Shown piece after piece: positions 36,722 through 46,673 of a DNA stretch of 64,000 nt. The stretch's first letter is position 1; the number at the start of each line of letters is the position of its first letter. The DNA is from an uncultured Clostridia bacterium. Its GTDB lineage: Bacteria; Bacillota; Clostridia; Oscillospirales; CAG-272. The stretch spans positions 11,990 through 75,989 of the forward strand of contig CANQWE010000002.1 of NCBI GenBank assembly GCA_947627475.1, written 5' to 3'. The notes below the pieces were generated by a model, which was not told the DNA's origin, made no database searches, and saw only the letters and a list, made by a program, of their open reading frames with translations. Made by a program: the position numbers and the translations under genes.

Positions 36722-38947
36722 TTACGATTTCTTTTGCACTGCTGTAAAAGGAAGCTCCAGCCGCTCTAACGTCTCCAAAATCGGCGCATTCTCCTCCACG
36801 CAAAGGGTAGTGGTCTTTTCAAAAGAGTCAGCGGTAATCCGGGTAATTTCTACCGGAAGGGTCAGCCGCGCAAGGCTGGTACATCCTGCAAAAACCTTGC
36901 TGTCGATAGCGGTGAGCGTGTGGGGCAGCTGCACCTTTTCCAGTGCAGTGCAGCCCGAAAAAGCGCCATACCCCAGCTCTGTAAGCCCTTCTCCAAGGGT
37001 CACAGACTGCAAAGCCGTACAATCAGCAAAAGCATACAAACCGATCAGGGGGGTGGATGCGGTACGCATACTTTTCAGTCCGGCCCCGCGAAAGGCGCCA
37101 GCTTCGATTTTTTTCACCCTTGCAGGCACCGTATAGTTTTGATTTCCCAGTCCCCCTGGATACAGAATCAGCGTTTCCCCGTCCGCAGAAAACAGTACAC
37201 CGTCCACCACCGAATACAGGGAATCATATCCGGAAGTCCGGATATCCGCCAAAGCGCTGCAGCCGGCAAACATTCCCCCAGTCACCTGGGCAGACGCAAA
37301 TAGTCCCAGAGACTGGAGCTTTTCCATACCCGCAAAGGCCCCGTCTCCTATAAAGGTAACGCTTTTGGGAATGTCTAAATACTGCACAGCGCTGCAGCTC
37401 TGGAAAGCGTTTTCTCCAATAGACTGCAGGGAGGCCGGCAGCGTAATCTTCTGAAGCGCGGTACAGCCCGAAAATGCCCTGTCTCCAAGAGATTGGATTC
37501 CATATGGAATATTTGCCTGCAAAAGTCCCGTGCAATTTTCAAACGCGCCTTCCTCCACGGACTGTATCCCTTCCGGAATGGAAGCACTTTGCAACCCTGT
37601 GCAGCCGCTGAAAAAGCGGGCAGGTATCCTTACGGCGTCGGCTGGAAGGGTATATTCTAAAAGTCCGCTGCAGTCAGCAAATACCCCCTGCCCAAGAGTC
37701 TCTGTATTATTGGATATATGCGCCTGGGTCAGCGCGCTACAGCCTTCATAGGCCCCGTCTCCAATATGCAAAATCTGACTACTGATACCAGAGTCCCTCA
37801 GAGCAGTGCATCCGGCAAACAGGTGCGGGGGAATTGCCGATATGCCTGCCGGCAGAGGCGGCGTTTGCAGAGAAATACAGTCCAAAAAGGCACCTTCCGA
37901 TAGGGCAGTATTCTCGTTTTCATAGGTCACCTCTGTCAAAGACGTACAGCCGGCGAACAGCTCTTTTCCAAGGGTAAGGGTTTTGCCCCCGAAGGCTGCT
38001 CGCTCCAGAGCACTGCACCCGGCAAGGGCACGGTCTCCTATATTGAGGCAGTTGATTTCCGCCAGGGTGACGGAACTGCATCCCTGAAACGCACCCGCAC
38101 CAATAGAATCCGCATCGGGAATGACGATCTGCGTAAGAGCGGCACAATTTTCAAAGGCGTTTTGTCCGATCTTGGACGCGTCAGCAGACAGGACCAGAGA
38201 AATCTGCAAATCCCCACAATTTTGGAAGGCGCAGGCGCCGATAGATATGACCCCTTCTCCCAAAGGAAAAGCGGCCAGCAGCCTGCAATCCTGAAACGCA
38301 TAGGCGCCGATTTGGGTAATTTCCCCTGCTACAACCTCTGTAAGAGACGCACACCCGTCAAACGCGCCGTAGGATATTTCCTCCACGCCCCCTAAGTCTA
38401 TCTGGACAAGGCTGGTGCACCCCTCAAAGGCGCGCACACCTACCCGGGACACCTTCCTGCCCACTGTCAGCTGCGTGATCTTTTCCATATGGACAAATCC
38501 CTCGTCTGCAATTCCCTCCACTGTTTTGCCGTCAAAGGTATCGGGAATGGTAATGGATTCAGGTACATCTCCTGTATAGTCTGCATTATAGGAAAGCATT
38601 CCATCGGAAAACCACAGCCAGGGGGCCTCTTTACTGGTAAGCGCTATGGTTTCGTCTGTGGCTCTTTTACCGGAAAACAAACTTCCAAATCGCAAAAATA
38701 ACGCGGCTGCTCCTGCTACTACAAGCAAAACACATACGACAATCAGCCAAAGCTGCCGCCTTACAGCGCGGCGTACCAGTTCGCCCTTTTCCGGCAGCGG
38801 CACTGCTGCGCCGCTGGCCCCAGGATCATTTTCCCTATCAAAAGGATCCCTCTGTGCTTTCTCCATACGGGCTTGGAGGGCAGCGGTATCCAGGTCTTTC
38901 AGGGAGCCTGAAGCTTCTCTCTCTTCTCCATTCGTATGTTGTTCCAC
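36722..38947 (-). CDS. BspA-type leucine-rich-repeat (LRR_5) membrane-anchored protein
   Basis: More than 15 repeats of IPxxVxxIGxxAFxxCxxL and one N-terminal TM helix. Start is probably GTG 38947 (AGGAG 8 nt upstream). ATG 38998 lies in a -10-like box. Confidence 0.75.
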   Translation of the reverse strand: MEQHTNGEEREASGSLKDLDTAALQARMEKAQRDPFDRENDPGASGAAVPLPEKGELVRRAVRRQLWLIVVCVLLVVAGAAALFLRFGSLFSGKRATDETIALTSKEAPWLWFSDGMLSYNADYTGDVPESITIPDTFDGKTVEGIADEGFVHMEKITQLTVGRKVSRVGVRAFEGCTSLVQIDLGGVEEISYGAFDGCASLTEVVAGEITQIGAYAFQDCRLLAAFPLGEGVISIGACAFQNCGDLQISLVLSADASKIGQNAFENCAALTQIVIPDADSIGAGAFQGCSSVTLAEINCLNIGDRALAGCSALERAAFGGKTLTLGKELFAGCTSLTEVTYENENTALSEGAFLDCISLQTPPLPAGISAIPPHLFAGCTALRDSGISSQILHIGDGAYEGCSALTQAHISNNTETLGQGVFADCSGLLEYTLPADAVRIPARFFSGCTGLQSASIPEGIQSVEEGAFENCTGLLQANIPYGIQSLGDRAFSGCTALQKITLPASLQSIGENAFQSCSAVQYLDIPKSVTFIGDGAFAGMEKLQSLGLFASAQVTGGMFAGCSALADIRTSGYDSLYSVVDGVLFSADGETLILYPGGLGNQNYTVPARVKKIEAGAFRGAGLKSMRTASTPLIGLYAFADCTALQSVTLGEGLTELGYGAFSGCTALEKVQLPHTLTAIDSKVFAGCTSLARLTLPVEITRITADSFEKTTTLCVEENAPILETLERLELPFTAVQKKS

Positions 38948-39076
38948 GGGAAGCACTCCTTTCCAAGCAGAAATCCTTCTCAATTTATATGATAGCATAC
39001 CTTTTTATAAAACTCAATAGCAGGGCAAAACGGTTTTAAAAAATTTAAAAATTTGTATGATTTTCCATGAATCCCC

Positions 39077-39105
39077 TTGCAAACGGGATAACAACACGGT
39101 AAAAT
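39077..39105 (+). promoter_or_regulatory. promoter TTGCAA-17-TAAAAT
   Basis: Near-consensus boxes upstream of the 39167 CDS. Confidence 0.45.
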
Positions 39106-39166
39106 AGCTATAAAATAAACGTGCCGGGCACGTATTGAAAATCCGCTTTTGCGGAGGGAGGCATTT

Positions 39167-40231
39167 ATGTCGAAAATCAAAGTTGCCGTAATCGGATGCG
39201 GCTGTATCGCGCGGTCAGCGCATATTCCCTGTTACATGGAGGCACAGGACGCTGAAATTAAATACTTTTGCGATATAATTCCGGAAAAGGCCCAGTCATG
39301 TGTAGACGAATACGGCTGCGGCGCCGCCATTACAGACTACAAAATCGCGCTACAGGATCCGGAGGTTGAAGCAGTTTCCGTATGTACTCCAAACTTAATG
39401 CACAGCGTAATTTCCATAGACGCTATGCGGGCCGGAAAACACGTCCTCTGTGAAAAGCCTGCTGCACGTATTTACAGCGAGGCATTGGAGATGCAGAAGG
39501 TGCAAAGGGAGACCGGCAAGGTGCTGAACATCGGCGTGGTGTGCCGCTTCCACGAAGCGGTAAATCAGGTGCGCCAGAAAATTTTGGACGGAGAGCTGGG
39601 AGAAGTCTATCACGTATTCATTAACTTTCGGGCCCACAGAAGCATCCCCGGTATCGGCGGCGCCTTTACCACAAAGGCTGTATCCGGCGGAGGCGTGCTC
39701 ATCGACTGGGGCGTACACCGGCTGGATCAGGTACTGTACTGCGTGGGCGATCCGGATCCGATCTCTGTATCCGGTGCAGCCTATTCCAAGCTGGGTAAGG
39801 ATATTAAGGACTATGTTTACCGGAGCATGTGGAGCGAAGAGACGCGAGACGTAAACGGTACATACGATGTGGACGACTCTGTATCCGCCTTTATCCGGAC
39901 CACCGGCCCGGTGATTACCCTGGAGGGCGCTTGGGCGCAGAATATTGAAGAAGAGGAGCAGTATCTGGATTTTATCGGTACCAAGGCGGGGATTCGCCTG
40001 CAGTACTGCGGGAATTATAAGGTATACGGCACACGGGATGGAGAACTCTTTACAGAAGATGTGGAAGTACCTGAGGCCAGCATGTTCCAGCGGGAGATCG
40101 ACGCTTTCCTGCGGTGTGTGCGCACCGGAGAAAAGGAGCGTTCCCATATCGATTACGCTATTAAGACTTCGAAAATTATGCAGGGAATTTATGATTCCTC
40201 CGACAGCGGCAGAGAAGTTGTGTTTGGTTGA
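39167..40231 (+). CDS. Gfo/Idh/MocA family oxidoreductase
   Basis: KVAVIGCGCIARSAH Rossmann fold and an EKP motif. GGAGG precedes ATG 39167. Confidence 0.8.
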   Translation: MSKIKVAVIGCGCIARSAHIPCYMEAQDAEIKYFCDIIPEKAQSCVDEYGCGAAITDYKIALQDPEVEAVSVCTPNLMHSVISIDAMRAGKHVLCEKPAARIYSEALEMQKVQRETGKVLNIGVVCRFHEAVNQVRQKILDGELGEVYHVFINFRAHRSIPGIGGAFTTKAVSGGGVLIDWGVHRLDQVLYCVGDPDPISVSGAAYSKLGKDIKDYVYRSMWSEETRDVNGTYDVDDSVSAFIRTTGPVITLEGAWAQNIEEEEQYLDFIGTKAGIRLQYCGNYKVYGTRDGELFTEDVEVPEASMFQREIDAFLRCVRTGEKERSHIDYAIKTSKIMQGIYDSSDSGREVVFG

Positions 40232-40243
40232 TGGAAGTGATAT

Positions 40244-40272
40244 AAAAAAACAGGCCGATTGGCCTGTTTTTT
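40244..40272. terminator. bidirectional terminator between convergent genes
   Basis: A-run, acaggcc-gatt-ggcctgt, then T-run. The mnmG stop abuts it. Confidence 0.75.
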
Positions 40273-42145
40273 ATTCCTTCAAAGATAAATAAATCACCAA
40301 AACAGAAATATCTGCCGGACTCACTCCGGAGATTCTGGAAGCCTGTCCCAAAGACGCCGGCTTTGCCGCTTGGAGCTTCTGCATAGCCTCCAGGCGCAGT
40401 CCTTTAATCCTTGTATAATCCAAATCCATCGGCAGTGGCTTTTCTTCCATCTTCTGCTGTTTTTTCGCCTGGGCCTGCTGCCGGGTAATATACCCCGCGT
40501 ACTTGATCTCTGTCTCCACAGTGTGGATGATATCCTCCGAAAGCTCAGGCCGCTGTGGATCCGCCCCAGCCAGCGCCGCATAGGTGACCTTTGGACGGCG
40601 GAGCAGATCTGCCAGCTTTGCACCGGTAGAAATTTCGCTGCTCCCGATCGACGCAAGAATCCCGTTGGCTGCCGACGGGGACACAGTAGTTTTCTCCAGA
40701 CGCTGGATTTCTGCGTCTTCCCTGTGGCATTTTTCCACAACTGCGGCATATCGCCCATCGTCGATTAGCCCTGCCGCCCGGCCGTATTCCAAAAGACGCC
40801 GGTCTGCATTGTCCTGGCGGAGCATCAGCCGGTATTCAGACCGAGATGTCATAATACGATATGGCTCGTTGGTACCTTTGGTCACCAGATCGTCGATCAG
40901 CGTGCCGATATAGGAAGAATACCGGGGCAAAATCACCGGCGGACGCCCCTCCAGCGCCGCTGCAGCATTGATTCCTGCAATCAGTCCCTGAACGGCGGCC
41001 TCTTCATATCCGGAAGATCCGTTGAACTGCCCCGCCCCATAGAGTCCTTCGATATCTTTGAACGCAAGGGTGGGATACAGTTGGGTAGGGTCGGCGCAGT
41101 CGTATTCGATAGCATAGGCATACCGCATGATCTGTGCCTCAGAAAAACCCGGCAGGCTTCGAAGCATTGCATACTGCACATCCGCCGGCAGGGAGGAAGA
41201 AAACCCCTGCAAATAAATTTCCTCAGTATCCACCCCCATGGGCTCGACAAACAGCTGATGCCGCTCTTTATCGGCGAACCGTACCACCTTATCTTCGATG
41301 GAGGGGCAATATCGGGGCCCCGTTCCATGGATCTGCCCGGAATACAGGGGAGAACGGTGGAGATTATCTCGGATGATCTGGTGGGTGCGTGCACCGGTAT
41401 ATACAATATAACAGGGAAGCTGTTCAATGGCGTTCAGTGCAGCCCGGTCGGTCCGGCAAGAGAATGGGGTGATATGCTCTTCCCCATCCTGACGCTCCAA
41501 GCAGGAGAAATCAATAGAAGCCCGATGAACCCTGGGAGGAGTCCCCGTTTTAAACCGGGCAAGGCGGATGCCGTTTTCCCGCAGGGATGCGCTGAGCTCC
41601 CCTGCAGGCAGGCTTCCGTCCGGCCCTGCGCTGCGCTGCACCTCTCCTACATGGGTGGTGCCCCCAAGATATGTACCGCTGGACAAAATCACCGCTCTGG
41701 CCAGATATTCCCCTCCAGGAGCGGCCACAACGCCGCGCACCCGTTTCTTTTTGCCTGCCAATTCCGTCAGCAGGCTGCACACCTCTCCCTGGATCAAAGA
41801 GAGATGGGGGGTGTTTTCCATCACCTGCTTCATCCGTTTGCTGTAAGCGATTCGGTCCGCCTGCACCCGCTTGGACTGGACGGCCGCGCCTTTTCCCGTA
41901 TTCAGTGTCCTGGACTGAATGGTGCTGCAGTCGGCCGCATACCCCATTTCACCGCCCATTGCGTCCAGTTCAAAGACCAGATGTCCCTTCCCGGTCCCGC
42001 CAACAGAGGGGTTACAGGGCATATTGGCAACCGCGTCCAAGCTGATTGTAAATACTGCTGTTTCCAGACCGCGCCGGGCGCAGGCCAGCGCGGCTTCCAC
42101 GCCGGCATGCCCTGCGCCCACTACGATCACATCAAATTCCTGCAT
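40271..42145 (-). CDS. mnmG: tRNA uridine-5-carboxymethylaminomethyl synthesis enzyme MnmG
   Basis: MQEFDVIVVGAGHAGVEAALA and full-length GidA similarity. The 79-codon upstream extension is rejected. Confidence 0.9.
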   Translation of the reverse strand: MQEFDVIVVGAGHAGVEAALACARRGLETAVFTISLDAVANMPCNPSVGGTGKGHLVFELDAMGGEMGYAADCSTIQSRTLNTGKGAAVQSKRVQADRIAYSKRMKQVMENTPHLSLIQGEVCSLLTELAGKKKRVRGVVAAPGGEYLARAVILSSGTYLGGTTHVGEVQRSAGPDGSLPAGELSASLRENGIRLARFKTGTPPRVHRASIDFSCLERQDGEEHITPFSCRTDRAALNAIEQLPCYIVYTGARTHQIIRDNLHRSPLYSGQIHGTGPRYCPSIEDKVVRFADKERHQLFVEPMGVDTEEIYLQGFSSSLPADVQYAMLRSLPGFSEAQIMRYAYAIEYDCADPTQLYPTLAFKDIEGLYGAGQFNGSSGYEEAAVQGLIAGINAAAALEGRPPVILPRYSSYIGTLIDDLVTKGTNEPYRIMTSRSEYRLMLRQDNADRRLLEYGRAAGLIDDGRYAAVVEKCHREDAEIQRLEKTTVSPSAANGILASIGSSEISTGAKLADLLRRPKVTYAALAGADPQRPELSEDIIHTVETEIKYAGYITRQQAQAKKQQKMEEKPLPMDLDYTRIKGLRLEAMQKLQAAKPASLGQASRISGVSPADISVLVIYLSLKE

Positions 42146-42165
42146 ACGTTTTCCTTTCCGGGGCT

Positions 42166-43893
42166 TTACGCTGCCGGCGCCATTTTCTGATAGATCTCCC
42201 AGCCGTCCGCTTCGCTGTACGCTACCATAGTGCCGCTGGAGATATTGGAGATATATTTGTACTGATAGGGAATCACCAAATTTCCCTTGGTATCGATCAC
42301 ACCGTAGTATCCATCCTTCTCTACTACTGCCACTCCCTCTAAAAAGGGCTTTGCATCTGCAGCCTGGGGCTGATGGATCCACACACCTGTATTGGATAAA
42401 TATCCGTACAAGCCGTCTTTTTCCAAAAGAAGAATCCCATCGGAATAGGAAACCAGACGATATCCTACCGGGATACTGAACTGACTGCCGTCCGGATACA
42501 CCAGCACATCTTCGTCCGAAACGATACGGATCATATCCAAATCGGTAAAGTGGTACCGGTCATAGGCCTGTATGTGCAGGCGCATAAGTCCGTGGTCAAA
42601 ATAGTAGCTGCCAAGGGCGTCGATTCCTCTGGAAAGGGGCTCTACAAACCGCTCGTTTGCAGACCATCCTTCCTCGCTCACGTAATTTTTTCGGGATGAG
42701 AACATCTCCCGTCCATTCTCGTCGACCACACGCATCTCGTTGCTGACTACCTCAAAATACCGGTTCTCTGTAACGCCGTCTTCCGTCACGTTGTTGTAGT
42801 AGTCCCAGTGGATGTCCTGCATCACAGCAGCATATCCCTCTCGCATGGCGTAGGCCCGAGTATACGGGAACACCAATTCCTCATCGGCATAGTCCGGCTT
42901 TTCTGTGGCAAACAGCCAATCTGCCAGCTCCAGCACCGATGTTTTTCCCTTCAAATCGGTAAGCACCTTGGTACTTCTTTTATAATACCGGCTGTATCGG
43001 CTGTCCGTACTTCCGTAATAGGCGGGATAATCGAAATACAGGCCTCTTCCGTCTACCGTGTCGTCGTAGTCAGACTCCACAAAGGTGCGCCCGTCCGCCC
43101 CCAGGTAATAATATTTCTGGGATTCTACCCGCACGGTGTCTGTTTCGATCCACTCCTGATTTCCTTCCTCGTCCGGTTCCCCCAGCTGCGTGGGATAGGT
43201 CATGGTATAGGAGTATGGGGAATAAAACAGGGGGCGGCCTTCCCGGTCCCTGGTATAGGCAGGCATATACCGCTGGTCGTTATACTGGCTCAGCGGCGTA
43301 CCGTCCGGCCCTAAAATATACAGGGTGCCCCGGTCGTCGTATAAAATATATCCCATATAGAGCTCCAGTGCCGGGCGCTTTTCTGTAGCCTGCACAATCT
43401 GGCGCTGGGGCTCTGTTCCGTCTTCAAAATACAGCAGTTCTTCCCTGTTATAGGTCTTATCCGTATAGGAAAAGGAACGAGGCAAACTATAGGACGTATC
43501 TAAAAGGGCAAACTGCATCCCTTCCGTATATACTGCGTCGGTCCGTATCCAGCCCTCTCCCTGCAGGGCAGAAACTGTGGAAAATTCCAATGGCGTGCCC
43601 AGGTCCGGCGGGGGAGTACCATCTCCATTGTTTGGTTTTTGGGACGGTCGGGTTTCCTCCGGCTGCGTTTCCTCCGGCTGGGGTTCTATCGTCTCTTCCG
43701 GATCTGTTTTCTCTCCAAACAAAACAGAATACAGCCGGTCGATGTGATCCTCCCAGGCAGCCGGCCTTTGCAAAAAGGAAACATCATACACTCCCAAATA
43801 ATACAGTCCGAAAATTGCAACTACAAAAACGGCGCACAAAATCGCCGGCAGTTTCCTTTTTAATTGCAGTTTCAAACGATCGGTTGTCTTCAA
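42166..43893 (-). CDS. membrane-anchored WG-repeat (KWG) protein
   Basis: N-terminal TM helix, a Pro/Glu-rich linker, and C-terminal WG-type repeats (DGLYGYLSNTG.., DGYYGVIDTKGN..). Confidence 0.65.
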   Translation of the reverse strand: MKTTDRLKLQLKRKLPAILCAVFVVAIFGLYYLGVYDVSFLQRPAAWEDHIDRLYSVLFGEKTDPEETIEPQPEETQPEETRPSQKPNNGDGTPPPDLGTPLEFSTVSALQGEGWIRTDAVYTEGMQFALLDTSYSLPRSFSYTDKTYNREELLYFEDGTEPQRQIVQATEKRPALELYMGYILYDDRGTLYILGPDGTPLSQYNDQRYMPAYTRDREGRPLFYSPYSYTMTYPTQLGEPDEEGNQEWIETDTVRVESQKYYYLGADGRTFVESDYDDTVDGRGLYFDYPAYYGSTDSRYSRYYKRSTKVLTDLKGKTSVLELADWLFATEKPDYADEELVFPYTRAYAMREGYAAVMQDIHWDYYNNVTEDGVTENRYFEVVSNEMRVVDENGREMFSSRKNYVSEEGWSANERFVEPLSRGIDALGSYYFDHGLMRLHIQAYDRYHFTDLDMIRIVSDEDVLVYPDGSQFSIPVGYRLVSYSDGILLLEKDGLYGYLSNTGVWIHQPQAADAKPFLEGVAVVEKDGYYGVIDTKGNLVIPYQYKYISNISSGTMVAYSEADGWEIYQKMAPAA

Positions 43894-43925
43894 CGCTTTG
43901 TACCTTGCCTTTGTTTGCAGGTGGA

Positions 43926-44408
43926 TTACTTATGATAGGGAGATCCCCGCTGAATCTCCATACAACGATAGATACATTCGTACAGCATAACCCGCGCCAT
44001 CTGATGAGGAAAAGTAAGTGCCGACATGGAAAGCCTCAGTTGGGCAGCCTGCTTGACCCGCTGGGACAGTCCATGGGAGGAGCCGATGATAAAACAAAGT
44101 TCGCTGGCGCCGCCGGTAATCTTATCCTCCAGCAGCGCGGCAAGGGCTCTGGAATTATACTGTTTTCCTTCAATGCATAAAGCTATCGTAAAAGCCCTGG
44201 GGGAGATTTGTGGAAGAATTAAATCTGCCTCCCGCTCCAGAGCGGCTGCAATGTCTCCTGCGCCCGGGTCTCTGCCCGTACGCACTTCCCGCAGCTCCAC
44301 CTCCTGGACGCTGCAGGTGTGGGACAGTCGCTTTTTATATTCTTCGCAGGCATCCCGCCAATGCGGTTCAGAAAGCTGGCCTAAAACGATCAGCTTACAT
44401 TTGATCAT
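43926..44408 (-). CDS. rlmH: 23S rRNA (pseudouridine1915-N3)-methyltransferase
   Basis: SPOUT fold and the ending LTFPHQMARVMLYECIYR..PYHK. Confidence 0.85.
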   Translation of the reverse strand: MIKCKLIVLGQLSEPHWRDACEEYKKRLSHTCSVQEVELREVRTGRDPGAGDIAAALEREADLILPQISPRAFTIALCIEGKQYNSRALAALLEDKITGGASELCFIIGSSHGLSQRVKQAAQLRLSMSALTFPHQMARVMLYECIYRCMEIQRGSPYHK

Positions 44409-45240
44409 ACAATAGTTCCTCCCGGCAGTCCCACCGAGGCCGCTGCTCCGCTTCGCTGCAGGAAAGCGCTACACAGCCCGGACAGTCTCTCCTGGCTACA
44501 GAAAGGGCAAAACCCGTATAGCCTTCCCGGTCCAGCGCAGTGCGCACGGTTTGATACGCTATCTCAGGGGTATTGTTTTCATGGCTGAGATGGGCCAGAA
44601 TGATGCGCTCTGTGTGGCCTCCTGCCAGCCCGCGGCATAGGCCGGCGCAGTCCACATTGGAAAGGTGCCCACCCCGGGAAAGAATCCGCTGCTTCAGCGG
44701 GAAGGGATAGGGTCCCATGCGGAGCATATCCAGATCGTGATTGGCCTCCAGCACCACAGTCCGACAGTGGCGCAGATGGTTGTATGCGTCCATGGTAGCA
44801 TAGCCCATATCGGTGGCCAACCCGGCTGTGTCTCCCGCTGCATCTGCAAACATATATCCCACATGGCCGGCGCTGTCGTGGGGCAAGGGGAAAGAGCGAA
44901 CCGTCAGATCCCCCACCTGGACCTCATACAAAAGTCCCGGGTGCACCACCGCCGCTTCTCCGGCGCTGCGACCCCGGCACAACTCCGGGGCAGAAAGAGA
45001 GGTGATGTGAATGGGTATGGATCTGCGGCGCATCATTACATCCAAGGCGCTGATATGGTCTCTGTGTTCGTGGGTGACAAAAACAGCAGACAAATCAGAT
45101 AGGGACATGCCAAGCATTTCCAGGCCAGCCGTCACTGCTTTACAGTTTTTGCCGGCGTCCACCAGCACAGCCGTTTTTTCTGTGCGAATAAGGGTGCAGT
45201 TCCCGCTGGAGCCGGAAAACAGGGTTTCTACTGTTATCAT
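44395..45240 (-). CDS. MBL-fold metallo-hydrolase (YycJ-like)
   Basis: SGSSGNCTLI and THEHRDH motifs. Confidence 0.8.
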   Translation of the reverse strand: MITVETLFSGSSGNCTLIRTEKTAVLVDAGKNCKAVTAGLEMLGMSLSDLSAVFVTHEHRDHISALDVMMRRRSIPIHITSLSAPELCRGRSAGEAAVVHPGLLYEVQVGDLTVRSFPLPHDSAGHVGYMFADAAGDTAGLATDMGYATMDAYNHLRHCRTVVLEANHDLDMLRMGPYPFPLKQRILSRGGHLSNVDCAGLCRGLAGGHTERIILAHLSHENNTPEIAYQTVRTALDREGYTGFALSVARRDCPGCVALSCSEAEQRPRWDCREELLYDQM

Positions 45241-46583
45241 GCCTGGACCACTCCTACCAGATCATAGTCCATGGCCTCGGTAATGCGAACCTTGACAAAG
45301 TCTCCCTCCTGCACTCCGGCAGATGCGGTAAACCAGATTTTTCCATCAATTTCCGGGGCCTCCCGGAAGCTTCTGCCAAAATAAGACTCGGAAACCGAGT
45401 CAAATCCCTCGCACAGAACCTCTACTATCTCGCCTATGAGAGACTGCTGAAACGCTTCGCTGACGGTCAGCTGGTGCCGCATAAGAATATCATATCGTTC
45501 CTGCTTAATCTTTTCGTCGATTTGGCCCTCCATAGAGTAGGCGGGGGTATCCTCTTCTCTGGAATAGGCGAACGCGCCGAACCGGGCAAAGGGTCCTTCG
45601 CTGATAAACTGGCACAGTGCTTCAAAGTCTGCCTCGTCCTCTCCGGGAAAGCCCACAATCGCAGTGGAACGGATGACAATATCCGGAACCCCTTCCTTCA
45701 AGCGGCGGACTGCATCCCGTACGCAGCCGCTGTCCCCATGGCGGTTCATGGCAGTGAGCATTTTGTCAGTGATATGCTGCACTGGTAAGTCAATATATTT
45801 TACGATCCGGTCGTTTTCCCGGATTTCCTGAATCAGTTTCTCTGTTATTTTATCCGGATAGCAGTATAAAATCCGGATCCATGGAATTTGTGTATTTTCT
45901 GTAATGGCCCGAAGCAATCTGGGCAGTGCATATTCCCCGTACAGGTCCAGTCCGTATACGGTGGTATCCTGGGCGATGACGACCAGTTCCTTGATGCCCA
46001 TTTCGTCCAGTTCCCTGGCCTCCGCCACAATATCCTCTATGGGACGGCTGCGCAGTCCCCCACGGATCCCGGGGATTGCGCAATAGGAGCAACGGTTGTT
46101 GCATCCTTCCGCTATTTTTATATAAGCATATGCCTGCCCGGTGGTGACGATCCGGTCTCCCCCGAGAGAACAGGCATCCTTTTGGGGTAGACAGCAATAT
46201 TTTTGCCCGTCGCCGTTCATAGCCTGCTCTACTGCTTCTTCGATTTTGTCGATACTGCCTACGCCAATGATGGCGTCGATTTCCGGCATTTCCTCCAGCA
46301 GCTGCTCACGATACCGCTCCGGCAGGCATCCGGCTACCACTATTCCCCGCAGGGATCCATGCTCCTTGAGCCATGCGATATCCAAAATGTTGTCAATGGC
46401 TTCCTTTTTCGCACTTTCTATAAATGCGCAGGTATTAACCACTACCACATCCGCCTCTGTCTCTTCCGGGGTGATTTCATATCCCGCCTGCATAAGACGG
46501 TGAAGCATTACTTCTGTATCGCAAAGGTTTTTTGCGCATCCAAGGGAAACAAACCCCACTTTTCCTTTACATTTCTGTATCAA
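45237..46583 (-). CDS. rimO: ribosomal protein S12 methylthiotransferase
   Basis: SLGCAKNLCDTE, a radical-SAM CNNRCSYCAIP motif, and a C-terminal TRAM domain. Confidence 0.8.
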   Translation of the reverse strand: MIQKCKGKVGFVSLGCAKNLCDTEVMLHRLMQAGYEITPEETEADVVVVNTCAFIESAKKEAIDNILDIAWLKEHGSLRGIVVAGCLPERYREQLLEEMPEIDAIIGVGSIDKIEEAVEQAMNGDGQKYCCLPQKDACSLGGDRIVTTGQAYAYIKIAEGCNNRCSYCAIPGIRGGLRSRPIEDIVAEARELDEMGIKELVVIAQDTTVYGLDLYGEYALPRLLRAITENTQIPWIRILYCYPDKITEKLIQEIRENDRIVKYIDLPVQHITDKMLTAMNRHGDSGCVRDAVRRLKEGVPDIVIRSTAIVGFPGEDEADFEALCQFISEGPFARFGAFAYSREEDTPAYSMEGQIDEKIKQERYDILMRHQLTVSEAFQQSLIGEIVEVLCEGFDSVSESYFGRSFREAPEIDGKIWFTASAGVQEGDFVKVRITEAMDYDLVGVVQA

Positions 46584-46673
46584 ACTACTCGTCCGTTCCT
46601 TTCTGCTTGTATCACGGCAGCTCCCAAAATAAGGACTGCCCCTGAAAACATTGTTTTCGGGGACACTCCTTTT

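Noticed and set aside
36722-38998. Diversity-generating retroelement targeting the LRR or surface proteins, with the 200-bp duplicate as a TR/VR pair
   Set aside because: There is no reverse transcriptase in the window. The duplicate blocks are 100% identical rather than differing at adenines, and they lie outside any CDS.
42146-42382. N-terminal extensions of ORF-track entries: mnmG to 42382, bceB to 7331, thrS from 14652, recA to 49725, glcK from 59279, thiT from 12286, apbE to 35564
   Set aside because: The extensions overlap leaders, terminators or the upstream gene and lack an RBS. Conserved N-termini start at the internal Met preceded by a GGAG-type SD.
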